This document shows, in pieces, positions 17,615-24,994 of a stretch of 35,221 nucleotides of DNA (position 1 is the stretch's first letter; the number at the start of each line of letters is the position of its first letter). Where the stretch lies: contig CAYHPG010000001.1 of NCBI GenBank assembly GCA_964358625.1, forward strand, positions 1 through 35,221, read 5' to 3'. The position numbers were made by a program, and so were the translations under genes. Below the pieces are notes generated by a model that had not been told where the DNA came from, did no database searches, and saw only the letters and a list, made by a program, of their open reading frames with translations. This DNA is from an uncultured Gammaproteobacteria bacterium. GTDB lineage: Bacteria > Patescibacteriota > Patescibacteriia > JACQSD01.

Positions 17615-20257
17615 CTAGCGGAATGTTTGCAACAACGTCATGTCATACTTTAAGGGAATTGGATTTGCGAGTGCCGGCAACGTATCTTCTTGCAGTACGA
17701 TATTTTGCGATGCAATGGTGCGATGCATGATTGTCATTCCACGTATACCTGACTGTTTTTCAAGACGAAGACGATAGGTGGCTACGCGCTCTTTCGTAAA
17801 AGAAAACGGTAATCGATACGTCAGCGCAATCGTTTTTATTTCTCCGGGATTCACCTCTACCCACCCGCCAAAAAAAGTGCGATCACCCTCTGTCGTCACT
17901 TGTACGCGTTGCTCCGGATCAATCGCGCCCGTACGAAAATATGCAAGATCGGGATCATCACGATATTCTTCAGGCGGAATCTCGCGCGCACGTGTCGGTA
18001 AAGAAAAACCATCGGCACGAATTAATGTTGCGCCTTTTGGCACATAGACGCGAAGAAAATCACGACTACGCGCTCCTTGAAATAACGCACCGCGTTTCCC
18101 GTTGTGAACTCGCGTGATCGTTACTTGGTCCTCAATCGATCCATCATCCGCAATCGTCGTCGTATGCGTCACGGTATCACGCACGACGTGATCAGTCTTT
18201 CCTCCGCCAATATTTGTGCGCACAATACGGAGCGCATCTTCCGAGGGGGCAAGCGGCATAAACGCCCCACTCAATCGCGCGCCCACCACTTTTTGCTGAA
18301 GTGCGGGATCAATAAGATAGGCCTGTATATCGCGCTCTGGTATTGCATCAAGAAACGCAAGAGCAATCGGGAGTAATGCAGCGTTCCCACTTACACCAAG
18401 TTTTTCTATGACCACTGTTGCGAGGTCACGTAAAAACTTTTTTGGCGTATTTGCTTTTCGATCATACTCGAGTTCTACTGCCTTTTGCGTCTCAAAGAAA
18501 AAATTCTCTGCGTCAATGCGTTTTCCGTAAGCCGGCATTTCAACAGGTCCCACGATTGTAAGCAATCGTTCAAAGAACGACGCATTCACGGCGATCACTC
18601 CATCAACCGTCGGCTCCTGCGCATTATCCCAAAGCGCCAAGAGCTTTCGCGCTGATGTAGGAAAATCCGGCCACCAATTTGCATCGTGAAATTCAAAACG
18701 TGGATTCACATACTGCAACGGTTCGGGCGAGCGATAATTGACGCGAAGCGCGCCTTGCACATCATAACTCCCACCCGTCGGCATATAGATCTTACGTACA
18801 TTCCCTTTTTCAATATCAACAATCCCGATACTACCAATAAACCCGCCGGTTGGACGCGCTTCTGCATCATTTTGGAAAAGTACAAGATACCGCATCGGAT
18901 GATCATGTCCCAAAAGCGCAGGAAGAACCCCAATGATGCCCTCAATACGGCGGATCATGCCTTTTGCTTCGTCGAGTAACGGAGGAATGCGTGCAACATG
19001 TTCTCGTAATTCAGAGGGGAGATACGCAACATCAATGGAAGGCATGCTCGCGTCAATACGATCAATCGCAGACGCAAAATCATTAAAGAGTGGCTCAATA
19101 CGCACCAATCGATCAGAGAGCGTAGAGTCTCGTGCCGCTATCTCTCCCATCATTGCCGCTGCATTTCCCGCATCGGCAAATGCTGTTGCCACGGTGACGA
19201 TTGCGCGTCCCGTGCGTATGCGCGAAGAAAAAATGCTCCCCAGCCCTCCGATAAGAGGATTCGTAAGATAGAGACTCGACGCTAATGCTTGACTTCCTTG
19301 TTTCAATGCTGCCCATTCGTTTTGCGCGTCACGCCATGCGCCCTGTTTCATGAGGGCGAGCGCTGTATTGGCGTGCGCAAAAGTTGCTATTCCTTTTTGT
19401 TGTACATTGTGCACGTTCGGGATAATCGGTTGGTACGATGAAAACGCATGAAACGGTATACTCAAAACAAGCGCAAGGATAATGAAAACAGAAAGTGTAC
19501 GGCGATGTGTTTTTCGTGGTAGTGCGGGAGAAACGAGAACAGGAGCGACTGCAAGAGAAGTAGCTCTCGGCATGGCCAACGAGTCCCATTCAATGCGCAT
19601 ACGACGAATCGCATATCGAAAGGTACTCGCGAATACGCGAAGTAGGTGCAATGGTCGCCCGATCCACGCAACAAGAGAAAAGAGGGAAGCAAAAAGAAAA
19701 GATGCTATTGGGCGCAATACGATACAACAATGAGCAAGAAGAAGTAACGGAATACCGATACTCAACTCTGAAAGAAATACATATTTTTGAATGAGCATCG
19801 CCGGATCAAGATCGTTCCAATCCCCCTCTCCCCATGCTCGGCCTCGAGGAGAAAAATGCTCTGCAATATCGTGCGCATGAATCGCCGGGAGACGCGGAGA
19901 ACTGCCACTCGCAAGCGGAGCGACCATGTGATCAGGCAATGCTCGTTTTCTCTTCTTCCATACAGAAAAAAAGCGAGAGATAAAAGAAGGAGGCGACATC
20001 GGCACTCCCGCCATAGCTGTATGCATGTGCCGCAAATCAAGAACGTGCGGTGAAAATTCTTTTGGATCGCGAGCAGGAACTTCCACTATACAAGGGTGCC
20101 CCTTGTCGCGACAAGGGGCACCCTTGTCATTCTCTGTTACCTGATCTCTTTCATTCAACGAAAAAAATGACACGCGTGGCGTATATTCGCGCGCAACGCC
20201 CACACCTCGTTCTGTATCCCAGATAATTTTTCGAATGGTCTTTTTTGTTTTTGCCAT
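17615..20257 (-). CDS. DUF4012-domain membrane protein
   Basis: The 880-aa ORF contains RYLVLFQNDAEARPTGGFIGSIGIVDIEKG, the signature stretch of DUF4012, and TM helices in the N-terminal third. Confidence 0.8.
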   Translation of the reverse strand: MAKTKKTIRKIIWDTERGVGVAREYTPRVSFFSLNERDQVTENDKGAPCRDKGHPCIVEVPARDPKEFSPHVLDLRHMHTAMAGVPMSPPSFISRFFSVWKKRKRALPDHMVAPLASGSSPRLPAIHAHDIAEHFSPRGRAWGEGDWNDLDPAMLIQKYVFLSELSIGIPLLLLAHCCIVLRPIASFLFASLFSLVAWIGRPLHLLRVFASTFRYAIRRMRIEWDSLAMPRATSLAVAPVLVSPALPRKTHRRTLSVFIILALVLSIPFHAFSSYQPIIPNVHNVQQKGIATFAHANTALALMKQGAWRDAQNEWAALKQGSQALASSLYLTNPLIGGLGSIFSSRIRTGRAIVTVATAFADAGNAAAMMGEIAARDSTLSDRLVRIEPLFNDFASAIDRIDASMPSIDVAYLPSELREHVARIPPLLDEAKGMIRRIEGIIGVLPALLGHDHPMRYLVLFQNDAEARPTGGFIGSIGIVDIEKGNVRKIYMPTGGSYDVQGALRVNYRSPEPLQYVNPRFEFHDANWWPDFPTSARKLLALWDNAQEPTVDGVIAVNASFFERLLTIVGPVEMPAYGKRIDAENFFFETQKAVELEYDRKANTPKKFLRDLATVVIEKLGVSGNAALLPIALAFLDAIPERDIQAYLIDPALQQKVVGARLSGAFMPLAPSEDALRIVRTNIGGGKTDHVVRDTVTHTTTIADDGSIEDQVTITRVHNGKRGALFQGARSRDFLRVYVPKGATLIRADGFSLPTRAREIPPEEYRDDPDLAYFRTGAIDPEQRVQVTTEGDRTFFGGWVEVNPGEIKTIALTYRLPFSFTKERVATYRLRLEKQSGIRGMTIMHRTIASQNIVLQEDTLPALANPIPLKYDMTLLQTFR
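20090..20127. repeat. 38-nt perfect palindrome inside the DUF4012 CDS
   Basis: ACAAGGGTGCCCCTTGTCG|CGACAAGGGGCACCCTTGT is perfectly self-complementary. It is translated in frame as part of DKGAPCRDKGHPCIV. Confidence 0.8.
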
Positions 20258-20280
20258 TTAATAAATATCCCGACGAATTT

Positions 20281-20694
20281 TCACTCTCGGATATCCACTA
20301 AGAGTCCGAAGATATATCCAAGCACAAGAAGATTTACAAGACTTCCGACAACCCACCCACTGATCAACCAAAATGGAAGCGCGACGTTTGCATAAAGAAG
20401 CGGCGGATAAAAAACTGTCGCAACTGCCCACACACCAAATCCATACTTCAACCCTCGCATACCATGCGAGCCGCTAATTCCTCTCCCAAAAATCGTGTAG
20501 AAAAAGGAAAGGACAAGTCCGACAATAAGGTTTGCAACAATAAGCCACAAATACCAATACGCGCCCATAAGGCGTTGTAATGGTACGGACGGCGCGCCAG
20601 AAAAAATTCCGACAAGATACCCTTCAACCGCATAGAGCAACGTTAACGCTGCTGCGGCAATGAGCCCTCCCATGATCACATTATGTCGTGACAT
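20281..20694 (-). CDS. integral membrane protein (about 4 TM), function unknown
   Basis: The 137-aa hydrophobic ORF has an ATG start and packs tightly with its neighbours. Confidence 0.55.
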   Translation of the reverse strand: MSRHNVIMGGLIAAAALTLLYAVEGYLVGIFSGAPSVPLQRLMGAYWYLWLIVANLIVGLVLSFFYTIFGRGISGSHGMRGLKYGFGVWAVATVFYPPLLYANVALPFWLISGWVVGSLVNLLVLGYIFGLLVDIRE

Positions 20695-20716
20695 ATGTAT
20701 AAAAATTTAAAAATTC

Positions 20717-21043
20717 TTAAAGAAAGTTTTGCGCTTTGATTTCTTGCCATGCGTTATTCACCGCGTCCCATTGCCACGCAGAAATCTTGTGTACCATTTC
20801 GGTATCTGAATACTCATATTCGACAGACGTGCTTCCTCCAATACGACGAGAGCCAAGTGTTTTTTTTCCGGTCACCAATGGGTGTGTCACGCGCTCCAAC
20901 TTCATCTTCTTGTCCTCCGGCGCTATAAAACAAATGAACTCTACAAATCCGGGCATGCCATCACGATCGTACTTTCCTTCTTCAAGAACGTTAAACGTAT
21001 CTTTGATATGTCCGACAACCTCTTGCCAACGTTCATCCGTCAT
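20717..21043 (-). CDS. hypothetical soluble protein
   Basis: The 108-aa ORF has an ATG start. I recognise no motif in it. Confidence 0.5.
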   Translation of the reverse strand: MTDERWQEVVGHIKDTFNVLEEGKYDRDGMPGFVEFICFIAPEDKKMKLERVTHPLVTGKKTLGSRRIGGSTSVEYEYSDTEMVHKISAWQWDAVNNAWQEIKAQNFL

Positions 21044-21155
21044 AATAAATTTAAAGTTGAAAAATCAAAATGGAAAATGACAATTTAAAATGTAAAAAAT
21101 AATTTTATCATTTTGCATTATAATTTTGATTTTTGATCTTTGCATTTTACATTAC

Positions 21156-22352
21156 TCAATTCTTCGACTCCGGATGATAATATTTTTTCCCAACAAGCTC
21201 CTCCGGTAAAAATTTTTGCTTCGCGTCAGGGTTGTCATGCGTATAGGTATACTCCTTCCCATATCCCAGTTCTTTCATAAGTTCGGTCGGCGCATTGCGA
21301 AGATGAAGCGGGATTGCGAGATTCAAATGATTTTTGACGTCTTCCTCCGCGGCAAGGATTGCCTTATAGGATGCATTGGATTTTGGCGCCTTCGCAAGAT
21401 ACACGACCGTCTGCGCCAAAATGATTCTTGCCTCCGGCATCCCAATCATGTGCACTGCCTGCATTGTGGCAACCGCTAAGGGCAACGCATGCGGATCGGC
21501 ATTACTAATATCTTCCGATGCGAGCACGACCATACGCCGCGCGATAAACAATGGATCCTCTCCTGCCGCAAGCATTCGCGCACAGTAATACAACGCCGCA
21601 TCCGCATCAGAACCACGCAAAGACTTAATAAATGCCGATATCGTATTATAATGTTCGTCTCCTGCTCTATCATACAACAAATGCGTCTTTTGGAAAACAG
21701 CTTTGAGTGTTTCAATTGAAATACTCGGCGACATTTTCACCGCGATGTCAAGCGCGGTCAACGCAATACGCGCATCACCGTTTGCCGACTGCACAAGAAA
21801 ATGTATCGCGTCTTTGCCCGCTTTCGCGCCGACAGCTTTCAAAGCATTGTCGAGAATCCGTTCAAGCGCTATAGCAGAAAGCGGCTGTAATATAAAAACA
21901 CGCGTTCGCGACAACAAAGGACTAATCACCTCGAAACTCGGATTCTCCGTTGTTGCGCCGATGAGTGTCACGACCCCTCGTTCGACATGCGGCAAAAGCG
22001 CGTCCTGTTGCGCCTTGTTCCAGCGATGAATTTCGTCGATGAAAAGTATTGTCCGCTTGCCATTAAAATTTTTCAGCTTCTCGGCATCTGCAACAATCTT
22101 CCGCAATTCAACTACGCCCGATCCAACCGCCGAGAGCTCTTGAAAATTCGCTTTTGTCTCATGCGCAATCAAATGCGCGAGTGTTGTCTTGCCGGTTCCC
22201 GGCGGCCCCCAAAAAATCATCGAGGGAACGTTGTCCTGACGAATAAGCTCGCGCAAAAATTTTCCCTCGCCAACCAATTCTTCTTGTCCGAAAAATTCGT
22301 CGAAGTTTTTTGGTCGCAGACGCTCGGCAAGTGGCGCAATTGATTCTTGCAT
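21156..22352 (-). CDS. rarA: replication-associated recombination protein A (AAA+ ATPase, MgsA/RarA)
   Basis: The 398-aa ORF has LAERLRP, GPPGTGKTTLAHLIA, ILFIDEIHRWNKAQQD, ATTENPSFEV and a C-terminal MgsA-type domain (DEHYNTISAFIKSLRGSD). Confidence 0.9.
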   Translation of the reverse strand: MQESIAPLAERLRPKNFDEFFGQEELVGEGKFLRELIRQDNVPSMIFWGPPGTGKTTLAHLIAHETKANFQELSAVGSGVVELRKIVADAEKLKNFNGKRTILFIDEIHRWNKAQQDALLPHVERGVVTLIGATTENPSFEVISPLLSRTRVFILQPLSAIALERILDNALKAVGAKAGKDAIHFLVQSANGDARIALTALDIAVKMSPSISIETLKAVFQKTHLLYDRAGDEHYNTISAFIKSLRGSDADAALYYCARMLAAGEDPLFIARRMVVLASEDISNADPHALPLAVATMQAVHMIGMPEARIILAQTVVYLAKAPKSNASYKAILAAEEDVKNHLNLAIPLHLRNAPTELMKELGYGKEYTYTHDNPDAKQKFLPEELVGKKYYHPESKN

Positions 22353-22370
22353 AATGCCTCAACTATAACA

Positions 22371-22404
22371 TACAAGGTGCCCATGTATACATGGGCACCT
22401 TGTA
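22371..22404. repeat. 34-nt perfect palindrome (TACAAGGTGCCCATGTA|TACATGGGCACCTTGTA)
   Basis: It is perfectly self-complementary. It shares an ACAAGG(G)TGCCC core with 20090-20127. It lies between the Cys-rich gene and rarA. Confidence 0.8.
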
Positions 22405-22425
22405 AAGACTCCGTAAACTTCCCCT

Positions 22426-22731
22426 TTATTTATGGTCGCACTTGCCGCCGTCACAACACGATCCTTCGCCCGCCTTTTCATCTCCCGAAGATCCGCCACA
22501 TTTCTTTAATGCATGATACACGGCGAGCAGTGACGACAAAAGGCCAAGTCCTACGAGGGCAGTCACATCCTGGTACCAATGCTCTGCATCTTGTCCCCAG
22601 GCGATCCCGTTTTGTGTTGCCACCCACGCAAGGATAAGCGCAACAACTCCTCCAAGCCAAAGAAGCCCAGAGAGCATGTGCATACCCTTCCCGCACTTTG
22701 GTCCGCAGGACCACTTTGAATCATGACACAT
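22426..22731 (-). CDS. Cys/His-rich small membrane protein
   Basis: The 101-aa ORF has two TM helices. These are flanked by MCHDSKWSCGPKCGKG and KKCGGSSGDEKAGEGSCCDGGKCDHK. Confidence 0.55.
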   Translation of the reverse strand: MCHDSKWSCGPKCGKGMHMLSGLLWLGGVVALILAWVATQNGIAWGQDAEHWYQDVTALVGLGLLSSLLAVYHALKKCGGSSGDEKAGEGSCCDGGKCDHK

Positions 22732-22942
22732 AGATTATTTTCTTATTACTTGTTAAACCTCTTTTAATTATAATACGTTCCTTTGCAATATGGAAATGCC
22801 CTGCAAGAAAACGAATAAGCTCCGCATTTGCCTTCCCCTTTTCCGGTGGTGCAGCAATAGCGATTTTTAATGTCCCGTCAGCCATGGTCCCACGCACTGC
22901 GCTCCGCGGTGCATTGGGAATTACTTTTACCGTAATGTGCAT
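22721..22942 (-). CDS. DUF167 (YggU/UPF0235) family protein
   Basis: The 73-aa ORF shows the typical YggU pattern: V.V.PNA..S...G....LKIAIAAPPEKGKAN.ELIRFLA......I..G..S..K. Confidence 0.75.
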   Translation of the reverse strand: MHITVKVIPNAPRSAVRGTMADGTLKIAIAAPPEKGKANAELIRFLAGHFHIAKERIIIKRGLTSNKKIIYVS

Positions 22943-22946
22943 ACCC

Positions 22947-22989
22947 GTAAATCACATGGGCGCCATGTGATGCATGGCGCCCATGTGAT
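22947..22989. repeat. 19-bp-stem hairpin (AAATCACATGGGCGCCATG-tgatg-CATGGCGCCCATGTGATTT)
   Basis: The stem is perfect over 19 bp with a 5-nt loop, and it fills almost the whole intergenic gap. Each arm is itself palindromic (CACATGG-GCG-CCATGTG). Confidence 0.8.
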
Positions 22990-22990
22990 T

Positions 22991-23119
22991 TTATTCTTCA
23001 TCTTCAGTGTCCCCTTCTTCCTTTTCTTCGCTTTCGTCGCTCTCCAGTGGTACTTGGCAGGATGGGCAGTCACCTGCGTCATCTTGCTCGTAACCACACT
23101 CTGGGCATAAATATGCCAT
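22991..23119 (-). CDS. 42-aa zinc-ribbon mini-protein with an acidic tail
   Basis: It is below the ORF-track cutoff. The reverse complement reads MAYLCPECGYEQDDAGDCPSCQVPLESDESEEKEEGDTEDEE-stop, with two CPxC pairs. It is co-directional with the downstream genes and tightly packed against them. Confidence 0.5.
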   Translation of the reverse strand: MAYLCPECGYEQDDAGDCPSCQVPLESDESEEKEEGDTEDEE

Positions 23120-23151
23120 AGATATTTTTATTTTTTAAACCTCATGCACAA

Positions 23152-23180
23152 GAAATATCATGCTACAAAATCCGTGTCAA
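23152..23180 (-). promoter_or_regulatory. possible sigma70-type promoter upstream of the zinc-ribbon/yggU unit
   Basis: The minus strand has TTGACA (23180-23175), a 17-nt spacer and then TATTTC (23157-23152). The -10 element is weak. Confidence 0.3.
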
Positions 23181-23234
23181 CGAAGTTTTCCCCACCTCAT
23201 CTCATCGTTAGAATTTTCAAAATGTCTGAATTTT

Positions 23235-23305
23235 TCGGGCTGCCGGGAATTGAACCCGGTCTTTACCCTCCCGAAGGGCACGTACTACCGGTATACGACA
23301 GCCCG
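23235..23305 (-). tRNA. tRNA-Pro (anticodon CGG)
   Basis: The reverse complement is CGGGCTGTCGTATACCGGTAGTACGTGCCCTTCGGGAGGGTAAAGACCGGGTTCAATTCCCGGCAGCCCGA. The acceptor stem is CGGGCTG / CAGCCCG, the anticodon loop is TTCGGGA (G37) and the T arm is CCGGG/TTCAATT/CCCGG. No CCA is encoded. Confidence 0.85.
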
Positions 23306-23322
23306 CAACTCCCCCTACCATA

Positions 23323-23356
23323 ACAAAAAAATCCCCCGATGTCTATCGGAGGATTT
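23323..23356 (-). terminator. rho-independent terminator after the coiled-coil protein gene
   Basis: The minus strand reads AATCCTCCGAT-agac-ATCGGGGGATT followed by TTTTTTGTT. Confidence 0.65.
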
Positions 23357-23374
23357 TTCGGTATTTTAGTAGGA

Positions 23375-24388
23375 TTATCCGCCCTCGCCTTCTGTTGATT
23401 CGTCTTCTTCCCCTTCTCCGCCCTTCTGCCCCTGCACTTGCAACCGATCGCTAATCAACTGCTCAAGAGCTGCGATTTTTTTCAAGAATGAACCCCGTTC
23501 CTTCTTCCCAACTTTCACTGCCTTTTGCATAATCTTATCTATCTGCGGGCCAAGTTCATCCGCCGTCATGCGCGCTTCACGAATATCCCCTTCATTCAAT
23601 GCAACAATAATCGGTTTAATAAAATCCTTAATCCCATCGCGAATTTCTGGATCACGAACCATCTTTAATCGACGAGAAAAATCTTGCATTCCACGAATCA
23701 TCCCTCCAAGCTCACCAGGGTGCCCGCCTTCACGAATATCCATAAGCGCGTCATCGACTGCCTCAACATCTGCGTTTGCCATTGCTTGCGTCGCAGCATC
23801 ATACGCACCCCGCATCGTTTCAACAACCGCCTGCACACTCTCAACATCACCACCAAGTGCAACAAACGCTTTCAGTACTTGCTTCTGCTTCATGAGTTTT
23901 TCGACAGTAGTAAGACTTCTCTTGATACCAGCGAGTTCCTTCGGCAAATCCACGCGCCGCCGAATATCATTAAATGAGTCCCAGATCCCTGAATCACGAT
24001 ACTCCTCAAGAATATCGCGCGCTCCGTCGGTATCTGGCTTTAATGCTTTGATCTTCTTTTGGAAATCAAGGACTATTTTTTGAAGCGCTGTAAGTTCTTG
24101 AAATTCCTTTGTCATTTTCTGGCGCTTCGTAGAAGAAAGTAATCGCTTCACTTCACGGAGCTGATCATTTGTCTGCCGAATCTCATTTTTAATCTCCTGT
24201 AGATCGACAAAATCGCGCGGCTCCACTGATTCCTCTTCCATCGCCTCTTCTTCTTCTAATTGCTGCGCATACACCTGTTTTACTGCCTCAAGCGGTGGGA
24301 GTTTTGCGCCGAAAATCCCCGCAGCAGAGGCGTTCCCGGCAAGCAAAAACGCTGTAAAAAACGCTATGAGTATCGAAAAAATACGCAT
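23375..24388 (-). CDS. secreted coiled-coil protein, function unknown
   Basis: The 337-aa ORF has a signal peptide (MRIFSILIAFFTAFLLAGNASA). The remainder is charged heptad-like sequence with an acidic C-terminus. Confidence 0.65.
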   Translation of the reverse strand: MRIFSILIAFFTAFLLAGNASAAGIFGAKLPPLEAVKQVYAQQLEEEEAMEEESVEPRDFVDLQEIKNEIRQTNDQLREVKRLLSSTKRQKMTKEFQELTALQKIVLDFQKKIKALKPDTDGARDILEEYRDSGIWDSFNDIRRRVDLPKELAGIKRSLTTVEKLMKQKQVLKAFVALGGDVESVQAVVETMRGAYDAATQAMANADVEAVDDALMDIREGGHPGELGGMIRGMQDFSRRLKMVRDPEIRDGIKDFIKPIIVALNEGDIREARMTADELGPQIDKIMQKAVKVGKKERGSFLKKIAALEQLISDRLQVQGQKGGEGEEDESTEGEGG

Positions 24389-24430
24389 AAATTTTATTAA
24401 AAATGATTAGATATACACAAGTATACTCCT

Positions 24431-24994
24431 TTAGAAAGTCTTCGTATAGCAATAGATGCGATCGTTCTTGCCGATAGGAATCATTTCACTTTTCCAATTT
24501 GAAGAAAGTGGAATGGAAAATTTATACGATACAATCCGCGCCCCATTCGGTAACTGTTCAAACCGCAGCGCTAAGCGTGTCAGAACACTTGTAATCAAAA
24601 AACAAAACACCACCGTAACACCATCGAGTGGATAAATAAAAAGATTTTGCTTCTCCCACGTGACACTCCCCCGTTGACGCGTACAGAGTTGCCGTAATCG
24701 CGATGCCGCTAAAAGCATAGGTGACAATTCAACGCCGACAACAGTTACCGGATATTGTCGCGCGACCTCAAGAACGATGCGACCTGTTCCTGATCCAAGG
24801 TCTACCACGCGGTCATGCGTCTGAATGCCCGCGAGCGCAATCATGCGACGAATGATGGAATACGGCGTTGGCACGTACGGCAACTCTCTTCGCATTGTCC
24901 AAAGTACGTAGCCAAAATATGACACGAGAATAAAAAAACACAATGCGGTCAAAAGCTGCATTGCGAGAACAAAAAGAACAACGTCACCGTTCAT
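24431..24994 (-). CDS. class I SAM-dependent methyltransferase with an N-terminal TM helix
   Basis: VVDLGSGTGRIVLEVA is SAM-binding motif I. The start forms an ATGA overlap with the alaS stop. Confidence 0.75.
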   Translation of the reverse strand: MNGDVVLFVLAMQLLTALCFFILVSYFGYVLWTMRRELPYVPTPYSIIRRMIALAGIQTHDRVVDLGSGTGRIVLEVARQYPVTVVGVELSPMLLAASRLRQLCTRQRGSVTWEKQNLFIYPLDGVTVVFCFLITSVLTRLALRFEQLPNGARIVSYKFSIPLSSNWKSEMIPIGKNDRIYCYTKTF

